In this document: piece by piece, positions 9,489-17,310 of the stretch
Layout of the letters: each line of letters opens with the position of its first letter
Numbering within the stretch: position 1 is the stretch's first letter
NCBI GenBank assembly: GCA_002254385.1
Contig: NJDO01000013.1
Span: 1 to 38,866 of the forward strand
DNA: 38,866 bases
Source: Thermoplasmatales archaeon ex4484_6
Lineage (GTDB): Archaea; Thermoplasmatota; Penumbrarchaeia; Penumbrarchaeales; Penumbrarchaeaceae
Direction: 5' to 3'
The notes under the pieces: generated by a model
Seen by the model: the letters and a program-made list of their open reading frames with translations, nothing else
What the model was told of the DNA's origin: nothing
Database searches by the model: none
Made by a program: the position numbers and the translations under genes

Positions 9489-10414
9489 TGGACCAGATCC
9501 AGATGGTGTTCACGGCCAGGGTCCTGATAGTCGGAATGGGTCTTCTGGCGGGGTCCGTCATGGATATCAGGACAAGAAGAATAAAAGACAGCGTCTGGAT
9601 GTTGATGATGTTCTCCGGTCTCCCGCTGCTTGGATTCGAGATGTGGCTCAAAGGAGGAGACTCGTCCTGGATCTCTCTTCTCTCCCTCCTTCTGCCGCTC
9701 ATGGGGTTCCTGTTCGTACTCTTCGGATATCCCGAACCCGGAGAGGTCCTCAGGGGCAGTGCGGCGGATATATCCTTTCTGGTGATCTACTCGGCATGCA
9801 TCATTGGGTCCGTTCTCGGCTTCGTCAGGGGAGATCCCGCTCTGACATATCCAGTGGCATTCTCCTCATTGTTCATGTTGATATATTTCGGTCTCTATCA
9901 TGTTCCGGTAGGTGGTACAAGGATCATTCACGGCGGAGCGGACCTGAAATGCCTGCTGGTGCTCGCCGCTCTCTTCCCGTGGTACGGGAGCGATCTTCCC
10001 TTTGCTCTGGGCCCCTTCTACCGGATATTGTCCGGAAATACCCTTCTGGCCTGGATATTCCCCATACATCTGTCCGTGCTGTTCAACGGTGCGTTCATCA
10101 CGACAGTCCTTCTGCTCGTGATTCTCCCCGTCATGAATCTGATCAGAGGAGATCTGGCCTTCCCGAGGATCTTCACATCCTATCGAACGGATGTCAGGGG
10201 AATGAACGGGAAGCATGTATGGGTGTATGTGGAAAGGAACGGGAAGAGGGAAAAGGTCGAACCGACGAGGAAGCTGGAGTCAAGGCTGCTGGGTGAAGGC
10301 ACGAAAAGGGTCTGGGTAACCCCGAAGATCCCCTTCATATTCTCCCTGTTCCTTGGATTTATGGTACAGATGACCGCAGGCAACCTTGTTGCACTGATAT
10401 TTCTTGCAATATAG
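9488..10414 (+). CDS. A24-family aspartic peptidase (archaeal prepilin/preflagellin peptidase-like)
   Basis: 308-aa polytopic membrane protein with two catalytic-type Asp motifs: SVMDIRTRRIKD (Asp codon 9563) and HGGADLKCLLV (Asp codon 9941). Its ATG overlaps the upstream stop (TGATG). Confidence 0.8.
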   Translation: MDQIQMVFTARVLIVGMGLLAGSVMDIRTRRIKDSVWMLMMFSGLPLLGFEMWLKGGDSSWISLLSLLLPLMGFLFVLFGYPEPGEVLRGSAADISFLVIYSACIIGSVLGFVRGDPALTYPVAFSSLFMLIYFGLYHVPVGGTRIIHGGADLKCLLVLAALFPWYGSDLPFALGPFYRILSGNTLLAWIFPIHLSVLFNGAFITTVLLLVILPVMNLIRGDLAFPRIFTSYRTDVRGMNGKHVWVYVERNGKREKVEPTRKLESRLLGEGTKRVWVTPKIPFIFSLFLGFMVQMTAGNLVALIFLAI

Positions 10415-10501
10415 ATCCACTCATCGAAGGGACATCCGACATGGACCATTCCGATATCGGTATCCGGAGGTCCGGAGATATCCGCCATTCCTCACTTCGG
10501 T

Positions 10502-10939
10502 TCAGATGACTCCGGTCTTGTGCAGTGCTTCATGATAATCCTTGGGTGAGAAATATCCAAGGAATGTACCGTCGGAATCCTTGACAACCACCGCGTAAGG
10601 GGCGTAACTGGAGATCTTCAGCAGCACCTCGGAGATGGGATCGTCAACACCGATTTCCATGATATTCGTGTTCATTATTTCGTCCCCGGATGCCACGAGA
10701 AGGTCGATACCCTTCACCGTGGCGATAAGGAACTCCCTTGCCGTCACCGCTCCAACTGGAACATTGTTCTCGTTGAGAAGGAAGATGGCCCCTCTGGGCA
10801 CCTCCATCAATCTCTTTGCCAGTTCCCTGCAGGGCATTCCCTTTTCAACAGAAATGAATTCATCAGTGATCGTGAAGTCCCTGATGGACATTTTCTCAAG
10901 ACCGGAGACCTCTTCCTTTTCTGTCTCGTCATCGACCAT
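10502..10939 (-). CDS. CBS-domain pair protein
   Basis: 145-aa ORF with two CBS-like repeats (IRDFTITDEFISVEKGMPCRELAKRL...NNVPVGAVTAREFL and IMNTNIMEIGVDDPISEVLLKI...DSDGTFLGYFSPKDY). ATG start. Confidence 0.8.
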   Translation of the reverse strand: MVDDETEKEEVSGLEKMSIRDFTITDEFISVEKGMPCRELAKRLMEVPRGAIFLLNENNVPVGAVTAREFLIATVKGIDLLVASGDEIMNTNIMEIGVDDPISEVLLKISSYAPYAVVVKDSDGTFLGYFSPKDYHEALHKTGVI

Positions 10940-11056
10940 TAGTATCCCCCGATGGTCAAGGGATTGATGGAATATAAAACTTTGATGTTGAAAACTTCCC
11001 CGATCCCGGTTTTCGGGCGATATTCGAACCGCAGTGGAAAATCGGAAGCACCAAAG

Positions 11057-11066
11057 ACTATATAGA
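11057..11066 (+). promoter_or_regulatory. Candidate TATA box for SRP RNA
   Basis: The sequence ACTATATAGA lies about 25-30 nt upstream of the predicted 5' end of the 7S RNA closing helix. Confidence 0.4.
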
Positions 11067-11088
11067 GGCGATATCCTTCACGGAATTC

Positions 11089-11409
11089 GCCAGGCTTGGT
11101 CGGGGAGCTAGGCCCTCCCTCTTGCTTTCAGCAAGCCGCAGAATGGTCTACAGCGGGACGACAGGCCGGGGGCGGCACAACCAGTACACCATCGGTCCAA
11201 GGGACGACGATGAAGTAACGTCCTACGGGGTTGGAAGTGATGTTCGGGGCGGCCGGAGGGTCGCTTCGCCATCTTGACTACGGGGACCGGGTCAGGCCCG
11301 GAAGGGAGCAGCCTAACCGTAGATTCTCAACGCTCGTTGGGAGCCGGGATGGAGGAGTCCCGAGGATCCACCGGTGGCGGACCAGGGTGTCCACTCCGGT
11401 CGGCCTGGC
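11089..11409 (+). ncRNA. Signal recognition particle RNA (archaeal 7S RNA)
   Basis: Contains the near-invariant helix-8 motif GGGTCAGGCCCGGAAGGGAGCAGCC at 11289-11313. The 5' GCCAGGC (11089-11095) pairs with the 3' GCCTGGC (11403-11409), followed by GGTCGG/CCGGTC, giving a closing helix. Length is ~320 nt with the motif ~200 nt from the 5' end, as in archaeal SRP RNAs. The ends are approximate. Confidence 0.85.
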
Positions 11410-11432
11410 AACCTTTGCGGTAGTGGTGCTCA

Positions 11433-12101
11433 ATGGTCCGACACCGTCCCCTGGTCGCTTTCGATATGGACGGCGTCCTTGTTCTTCAGAGGAGTTCATG
11501 GAGGATAATCCACCGGGAGCTTGGTACCGATAACGAGGATTCATTCACGGCGTACATGAAGGGAGAGATAGATGACAGGGAGTTCATGCGCAGGGATATC
11601 GGAAAATGGCTCTCTGTCAATCCCGGCCTGGACCGGTCCTGGATGATGAATGTATATGCGGGAGTGGAAAGGACCCCCGGGCTGAAAGAGGTGTTCTCGG
11701 AACTTCGACGGTCCGGTATCGACATCGTGATAATCAGCGGGGGGATGGACCTTCTTGCGAATGAATTATCGAGGGAGACCGTTGCCTGCCCGTCACTGGC
11801 GAACGGGGTCGAGTTCGATGAGAGAGGCAGACCCACCGGGGAAGGCATCCTCAGGGTCCCGCTGAGGGACAAGGGTTCGGTTCTGAGGGACCACGTTGAA
11901 CGCGGAGGCTACGACGGCCCGGTGATCACGGTGGGGGATTCCATTGTGGATCTTACAATGTTCGATATTTCGGACCTTTCCATCGCCTTCAGGCCCGAGG
12001 CCCCGTCTGTCTCTTCCGGGGCTGACATATCCATCCGGGAACCGGACCTGCGTCCAGTGTTGAATGTGATATTCAGCTTCCTCGGGAAAGATTTTCAATA
12101 A
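11433..12101 (+). CDS. HAD-superfamily hydrolase, phosphoserine-phosphatase-like (subfamily IB)
   Basis: 222 aa. Motif I is VAFDMDGVLV, motif II is VIISGG, and motif III is the region K...ITVGDSIVDLTMFD. Confidence 0.8.
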   Translation: MVRHRPLVAFDMDGVLVLQRSSWRIIHRELGTDNEDSFTAYMKGEIDDREFMRRDIGKWLSVNPGLDRSWMMNVYAGVERTPGLKEVFSELRRSGIDIVIISGGMDLLANELSRETVACPSLANGVEFDERGRPTGEGILRVPLRDKGSVLRDHVERGGYDGPVITVGDSIVDLTMFDISDLSIAFRPEAPSVSSGADISIREPDLRPVLNVIFSFLGKDFQ

Positions 12102-12129
12102 CCTTTTATCACGGGTTTGATATACCCCC

Positions 12130-12570
12130 ATGGTTTTCAAGCCCCTTCCGGGGAATCCGGTGAGGCCCATGGTTTCGCAGAAAGATGAACCTAGCAATGA
12201 GATCATCAGATCCATCATGGAGATGCTGAACGAGAAGTTCACTGACGAGAAATGTGTGACCGTTCAGCGAATATTCGACAAGTTCGCGACCAGACTGGTC
12301 AAGGGACGCGATATCACTCTCTACCTGTACAATATTGGGATCCTGACCCCAAGACGTGAGAACGAAACCCCCAAGGATGCCAATCTCTGGAAGATAGACA
12401 TGGCAAGGGTGAGGGATTTCCTGGAGAATGACGGTGCGCTTCTGGATTACAGGTGCCCGTTGTGCGGTTCCCGAACGATATCCAAGAACTACAACAGCTA
12501 CAGATGCACAAAATGCCTGTTCAAGGGGGACCTTCCCGATAAACCCTATTCGAGAATCAGGAAGAGCTGA
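12130..12570 (+). CDS. Hypothetical protein with a C-terminal CxxC...CxxC zinc ribbon
   Basis: 146-aa ORF. The C-terminal YRCPLCGSRTISKNYNSYRCTKCLFKG is a 4-Cys ribbon. The N-terminal part is possibly winged-helix-like, with no family recognised. Confidence 0.55.
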   Translation: MVFKPLPGNPVRPMVSQKDEPSNEIIRSIMEMLNEKFTDEKCVTVQRIFDKFATRLVKGRDITLYLYNIGILTPRRENETPKDANLWKIDMARVRDFLENDGALLDYRCPLCGSRTISKNYNSYRCTKCLFKGDLPDKPYSRIRKS

Positions 12571-12575
12571 GGACT

Positions 12576-13034
12576 TCAGCTGTCATCGTTCTTTTCCAGA
12601 TCATAGTATTTCCTGCGGAACCTCTTCCAGAAATCCTCTGCCCTGGGCTCCTCTATACCGATTCCGAACGGGTGTTTGGATCTCTCCTCCATTTCCCATA
12701 TCTTCTCCGTCTCGCCCCTGTCCATCCATATTCCCTTGCAGACTGGACAGTGGTCCACATAGACATCGAACACCTCATGTGTGGTCATCCGCTCCCTGCA
12801 TTGGGGACACAGCATCCCTTCACCACGGATCTTCCCCGTGATCTCTATCAGGAGCTCTGTCGAGCCGTCTCCCATGAGTTCATCAAGCTCGCTCTTGTCG
12901 AACCATATACCTTCGCAGGTGGGACACGTATCAAGCTTTAACCCGCCTCTCTCCACTATATACAGGTTCCTGTTGCATCTCGGACAGATCTTCCGACCAG
13001 GTATGCCCCGGATATCCGATTCCTTCTCGTCCAT
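12576..13034 (-). CDS. Tandem TFIIB-type zinc-ribbon protein (zf-TFIIB/COG3809-like)
   Basis: Two repeats of CPxC-x(10-20)-CPxCxGIW(F/M)D: CPRCNRNL...DTCPTCEGIWFDKSELDEL and CPQCRERM...DHCPVCKGIWMDRGETEKI. Refined start at ATG 13034, preceded by GGTGA. The track start at 13085 is TTG. Confidence 0.7.
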   Translation of the reverse strand: MDEKESDIRGIPGRKICPRCNRNLYIVERGGLKLDTCPTCEGIWFDKSELDELMGDGSTELLIEITGKIRGEGMLCPQCRERMTTHEVFDVYVDHCPVCKGIWMDRGETEKIWEMEERSKHPFGIGIEEPRAEDFWKRFRRKYYDLEKNDDS

Positions 13035-13113
13035 CCCCGTCACCGGCAAGTGAACCACCCCATGATTAGAAATACCTTTTGACAATGAAACACGAATTCA
13101 TGGGAGGCAATCT

Positions 13114-13830
13114 TCAAATGGCGGGTCCCACCCGGAAGCTTCCATTCTTGTGGTCCAGGGCAAACATCGAGGTATTGTGGTCCATTCCCCTCAGCTTGAT
13201 GCATCTTATCCTTCTCTGAAGGTCCACCTCACCCACGGGGCTGAGGGTGAGCTGGAATACCCCGTCCGCCAGAAACTCTTCCTCTCCGTAATCCATATCG
13301 AGCGATTTCTTCTCCGAGATCATGATTGTTGTCGTTCCAAGGCCTCTGAGCCATTCGAACAGTTCGAACAGGAACTTCCGCCTGTTCTTCTCCTCCGATA
13401 GTATTTCCAGCACGGGCAGGGAATCAATGACGAGGAGCTCGGCCTTCCGCTTCTCCACCAGATATTCCACGTAGGACCGGAGGGCGTGCATCCAGTCGTT
13501 CTCGGTCGAGAACTTCTCCGCTGCAGCCCTTATCCTGCCCACATCGGACACTATCATGTTCTTCTGGACCCTCTCATCCATTGGTCTTTCCATCCTCTCC
13601 TGCTGCGAGAGCAGGCTCTTCATGGATTGTTCGAGCAGGAGGAATATACCCATGGTGTTCTTGGTGATGGCCGCATTGTAAAGCATGGAATAGGCCACCG
13701 AGGACTTGTATGTGCCCGGCGTTCCGGACAGAAGGATGATGGAACCTTTCGGGATCCCCCCTCCTATCTCCTCGTCAAGGCCCTTGATGGATGTGGCAAT
13801 GAGCTCCATTTCCAGGTCTCCCCGTATCAT
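13114..13830 (-). CDS. KaiC-like / RecA-superfamily ATPase (single domain)
   Basis: 238 aa. SIKGLDEEIGGGIPKGSIILLSGTPGTYKSS contains a Walker A-like loop (13702-13728), and AELLVIDSL is Walker B-like. Overall layout resembles COG0467 KaiC/RadA-type ATPases. An alternative ATG at 13809 is preceded by GGGGAG. Confidence 0.75.
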   Translation of the reverse strand: MIRGDLEMELIATSIKGLDEEIGGGIPKGSIILLSGTPGTYKSSVAYSMLYNAAITKNTMGIFLLLEQSMKSLLSQQERMERPMDERVQKNMIVSDVGRIRAAAEKFSTENDWMHALRSYVEYLVEKRKAELLVIDSLPVLEILSEEKNRRKFLFELFEWLRGLGTTTIMISEKKSLDMDYGEEEFLADGVFQLTLSPVGEVDLQRRIRCIKLRGMDHNTSMFALDHKNGSFRVGPAI

Positions 13831-13837
13831 TTTGGAA

Positions 13838-15397
13838 TCAGTATCTTCTCCTTCTGATAACGTATCCCGCGATGAACACTCCCGCTATCAGAAGCATGAT
13901 CACGGCCGAAGCTGCGACGACCTCGGGGAGAATGCTGTCCGCCCCGCTCCTGCTGTCCTTGCTGGAAGAGGAGCTGTCCTTCACGTCGGATGAATTCTTG
14001 ACGTCCCTTTCACCGTCCGATGAACCCACATCCCCTCTGTCGTTTCCATCCATGTTCTCCCCCCTCTTCCCGCCGATCCTTTCCCGTTCCCCGGGACTAT
14101 TCGGCTCATCAGGGTAGTAGGGCGGATATTCATCGTCTGCCCAATCCTCATCCGGGTATGGCGGATATTCATCATCGGGCCAGTCTCCCTCCGGGAAAGG
14201 TGGGACCTCACCTCCCATGTAACCCATTTTCTCCATTATCATCGAAAGGAGGAAAATGAGTTCCTTCATTGGTGCGTTCAGATCGAACAAAATGGATTCG
14301 AAATTGCCGTCACTATCCCTATCCGTCATCTCGAGGGTGAGGTCGGGAATGTCGTCATCTCCGGTGTCGGCGATAACGATTATCTTCTCGGGTTTTCCGT
14401 CGCTGTCCTCATCCACGTATTCCATGTGTATCTTGACCCTTTTCGGCTCCCGGTTCTCCATCCACGGCAGTTCCACGGCGATCCTCACATCCGGTCTTTC
14501 CGGCGTGAGAGCAGCTCTTGTCTCGAACGGTTCGAAGCCCTCTGCAAGGACCCGGACGAAGTAAGCACCCAGCGGGAGCCTCATCCTGAAGCTCCCGTCC
14601 CTTTCCGAGATTGTTCCGGGGGGTTCCATCCCCATAGGATCACAGCATGTTCTCTCTTCCGGCAGATCTCCCATTACCGGCCTGTCCATCGGGAATGCGA
14701 TTATCCTGGCGCCTCCGACGGGGCTGCCTTCCGTGTCGGTGACGATTCCGGACAGAGAGCCGAACTGAATGTCCCCGTCCTCCCTCTCGAACATCAACAT
14801 CAACCTAACTGGTTCGTCTTCCGGGACCTCAACCTCACCCCTTGCGGGGGTATAACCCCTGGACTCGGCATGCCAGGAATACACTCCCGGTTCAAGGAAC
14901 AGCTCGAAGTTCCCGTTCCTTCCCGTTTCCACTCTGGCCGCAGTCCTGTCACCGATGTGAAAGGATATGATACCGGAAACGGGCATCCCCTCTTCCCCCA
15001 CCATCATGCCGAACACATTCGGCTCCGGTACATCGTTTGCAGGATCAAGGGGTATGCCTATCTCCAGGGGTCTGTCATCGGGGACGAGAAGTTCATCCCT
15101 CTTGTCCTGGTATCCCCCGGCCGAGACCTCGATAAGGACCCTGCCCGGTCTCACATGTACCTTGAAAGCCCCTTCCCTGTCCGTCTCCACGGTGACCATC
15201 CAGCTCTCTTCAGGACCTCCGTGCAGCGTTATCACGGCATGAACCGGTTCCCTGTTTCCGGAATCGAACACCTTCCCGAAAAGATTTGGTTCTCCCTCCC
15301 TCTCGGAGGGGTTCTCCTGTCCAACCACATTGGCAAGCACGACACCGAGAAGCAGAAAGCTCACGGATAGTGCCAGGATGGATTTTCTTATTGTCAT
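13838..15397 (-). CDS. Secreted, C-terminally anchored protein with three carboxypeptidase-regulatory-like (CarboxypepD_reg) domains
   Basis: Refined start at ATG 15397 (MTIRKSILALSVSFLLLGVVLANVVG signal peptide, GGTGA SD upstream). Three repeats of type FGKVFDS...TDREGAFKV..PGRVLIEVSAGGY. Also an acidic Pro/Tyr-rich DEYPPY repeat segment, a Ser/Asp-rich linker, and a C-terminal TM followed by RRRRY. Confidence 0.75.
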   Translation of the reverse strand: MTIRKSILALSVSFLLLGVVLANVVGQENPSEREGEPNLFGKVFDSGNREPVHAVITLHGGPEESWMVTVETDREGAFKVHVRPGRVLIEVSAGGYQDKRDELLVPDDRPLEIGIPLDPANDVPEPNVFGMMVGEEGMPVSGIISFHIGDRTAARVETGRNGNFELFLEPGVYSWHAESRGYTPARGEVEVPEDEPVRLMLMFEREDGDIQFGSLSGIVTDTEGSPVGGARIIAFPMDRPVMGDLPEERTCCDPMGMEPPGTISERDGSFRMRLPLGAYFVRVLAEGFEPFETRAALTPERPDVRIAVELPWMENREPKRVKIHMEYVDEDSDGKPEKIIVIADTGDDDIPDLTLEMTDRDSDGNFESILFDLNAPMKELIFLLSMIMEKMGYMGGEVPPFPEGDWPDDEYPPYPDEDWADDEYPPYYPDEPNSPGERERIGGKRGENMDGNDRGDVGSSDGERDVKNSSDVKDSSSSSKDSRSGADSILPEVVAASAVIMLLIAGVFIAGYVIRRRRY

Positions 15398-15615
15398 TTC
15401 TTTCACCGGGCGAATATTCGCCTTACAACTATTAATACAATTCCCCGCCCCTTCTATGCTGGATCCTTCTTTCATCCGATGGGAATTTCAAACCGTCCCG
15501 TCACATAACCTTTGAAATACTGCCAACAAGTGAAAATTGCAGGGTGTGGGGGCCATGAGTTCAATGTTCGGTGCTTTTGATCGGGCCTCGATCATAGAAA
15601 AGCACCTTTTGGTAC

Positions 15616-15631
15616 GAAAATCCACCGCAAG
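15616..15631. repeat. Inverted repeat copy 1 (GAAAATCCACCGCAAG)
   Basis: Exact reverse complement of 17225-17240. Confidence 0.85.
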
Positions 15632-15734
15632 TATAAGAATGCTTAGAACACCTTAATATATTTAGCATAAAATCTAAGAAAAACATTCGAAGGGAATTAG
15701 AATCTCCCCGGCACCCATCAACTTATACCGAGAA

Positions 15735-17021
15735 TTATTGAGAAACAGCGTTCTCTTCAGAATCCCAATCCCATTTGATATCGCTCATGCCGCGGGAAAG
15801 AAGTTCGCTTATCAGATCCTCATTGCTGATATTCTTCAACTTGAAGCCGATCAAGGCTTTACGTGGATCTTTCCTCTTTTCCCGCTCATAGTTCGTCTGA
15901 TAATCTTCTCCCTTGGAAAGCATATGGTAAATAATTCGAAGGATCTTGTGCATTATTGCTACAATTGCTTTCTTCTTGCCCAATCTCGATTGTTTTTTCA
16001 GATATTGATCCCTGAACTCACTTCCCTTGGTTCGAACCGCAGCCCATGCTACCTCTCCCAAATATCTTCGAAGATATCGGTTTCCTTTGGAATTGCGACC
16101 ACTCTTGCGTTTGCCACCACTACTGTTGTTTCCAGGACAGACCTTTGCCCACGAACAGAGATTCTTGTCTTTGGGAAACCTGGACATATCATTCCCAATT
16201 TCGGAAATGATACCCCTGGCAGCTTTCATACCACATCCAGGAATGGTCTGAAGTCTTTTGATCACTGCCAGAAATGGCTTCATCTTCTCGTCAAGATCCT
16301 TTTCAAGCGATTCCAACTCTTCCTCAAGGAAAGTGAATTGTTTCCAGTATCGGAAAAGAATCCGACGATAATGATCCGACAACGGGAACCGTAGGGAATC
16401 TTTGATCTGGGGTATCTTTGATCTCAATCGCCTCTTTGCAAGTTCTGCAATTTCATCACCTGGCATACCTGCGATCAATCCCTGTATCATGGCACGACCA
16501 GAAACACCGAACAGATCACTCAGATGAGCATCAAGAGTGATGCTTGCTTCTCTGAGGGTCTTGGTTATTCTGTTCTTGACCCTCACTATATCCTCGGTGA
16601 TGTTTACATGTTGCCTGGTCAGATCCCTCAATTCTCTTACGTTCCGTGGTGGAATGAAACTTGGTATGATCGAACCCATTTGAAGAAATCGGGCGATCTG
16701 TTTTGCATCATCGGGATCCCTTTTCTTGCCTTTGAGTGGCTTGGTTTGTCTTGGATTGGCCACGATAACTTCGAATGAGTCTTCAAGAAATGAATACAAC
16801 ATTTGCCAGTAGCATCCTGTGCTTTCGAAAGCGACATGAGTTGTTTTCTTTTCTTTCAACCACTCGATCAGTTCCTCTATTCCATCCACGGTGTTGTCGA
16901 ATACCTTTGTTTCCCATTCGATAGTACCTTTTTTGGATGTGACGAATGTGCTTGCCCACAACTTGAGCGAGTCAATGTCAATGCCACAACCTCTTTTTAC
17001 CTGTTCGTAGATATCTTTCAT
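15735..17021 (-). CDS. IS110-family transposase/recombinase (DEDD RuvC-like domain plus Transposase_20 domain)
   Basis: Motifs: CGIDIDSLK, HVAFESTGCYW, KRDPDDAKQIARF, and the C-terminal LQTIPGCGMKAARGIISEIGNDMSRFPKDKNLCSWAKVCPGNNSSGGKRKSG. ATG at 17021, while the track start at 17054 is TTG. Confidence 0.9.
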   Translation of the reverse strand: MKDIYEQVKRGCGIDIDSLKLWASTFVTSKKGTIEWETKVFDNTVDGIEELIEWLKEKKTTHVAFESTGCYWQMLYSFLEDSFEVIVANPRQTKPLKGKKRDPDDAKQIARFLQMGSIIPSFIPPRNVRELRDLTRQHVNITEDIVRVKNRITKTLREASITLDAHLSDLFGVSGRAMIQGLIAGMPGDEIAELAKRRLRSKIPQIKDSLRFPLSDHYRRILFRYWKQFTFLEEELESLEKDLDEKMKPFLAVIKRLQTIPGCGMKAARGIISEIGNDMSRFPKDKNLCSWAKVCPGNNSSGGKRKSGRNSKGNRYLRRYLGEVAWAAVRTKGSEFRDQYLKKQSRLGKKKAIVAIMHKILRIIYHMLSKGEDYQTNYEREKRKDPRKALIGFKLKNISNEDLISELLSRGMSDIKWDWDSEENAVSQ

Positions 17022-17224
17022 GGCTAACGCCTCGGTTGGTGAAGGAGGTGACAAGCCAAAATGCGACTTTGGTACACGTGCTTGAAAGCAACAATGCGTG
17101 ATGCCGCGATGTCACCGGATCCCGGATCCAGTTTAGTTTACGGGGTCAAGAGCCTCCAAAAATAAACGGTCCTTTTTCCTTCACCAACCGTAAAGGTTTG
17201 TTGGGACAAAAGAATTCGTTTCTT

Positions 17225-17240
17225 CTTGCGGTGGATTTTC
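17225..17240. repeat. Inverted repeat copy 2 (CTTGCGGTGGATTTTC)
   Basis: Exact reverse complement of 15616-15631. Confidence 0.85.
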
Positions 17241-17281
17241 ATTCATGCGTGACGGGCCACCGGCCCATGAGGGTTTAGTAT

Positions 17282-17310
17282 GAAGATTCGGTGAAATACA
17301 CCGAATCTTC
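17282..17310. other. Perfect 12-bp stem / 5-nt loop hairpin (GAAGATTCGGTG-AAATA-CACCGAATCTTC)
   Basis: Read directly from the sequence. Followed on the + strand by ACTCTTTTATT. Located in the non-coding stretch just outside IR copy 2. Confidence 0.8.

Larger units (their letters stand above)
15616..17240 (-). mobile_element. IS110-family insertion sequence (boundaries provisional, set by the 16-bp inverted repeats)
   Basis: A single DEDD-type transposase gene flanked by perfect 16-bp inverted repeats (15616-15631 and 17225-17240). The whole 15.48-17.72 kb interval is visibly AT-richer than its flanks. True ends could differ, because many IS110 members lack terminal IRs. Confidence 0.55.

Noticed and set aside
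10451-10483. Cluster of short palindromes (CCGATATCGG, TCCGGA-GG-TCCGGA, GATATC) between the convergent A24 peptidase and CBS genes.
   Set aside because: Each palindrome is 6-10 bp and self-complementary with negligible loops. They may contribute to termination, but there is no supportable specific function.
11231-11544. Two overlapping ORFs of 100 aa (+) and 88 aa (-).
   Set aside because: They lie on the SRP RNA gene, which has the helix-8 signature and a closing helix, so they are considered spurious.
13114-13830. KaiC-like ATPase as archaellum component ArlH (FlaH), given the A24 peptidase 3 kb away.
   Set aside because: No arlI/arlJ, archaellin or other arl genes are adjacent, and the peptidase is in a separate, oppositely oriented unit. 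The generic KaiC-like call is safer.
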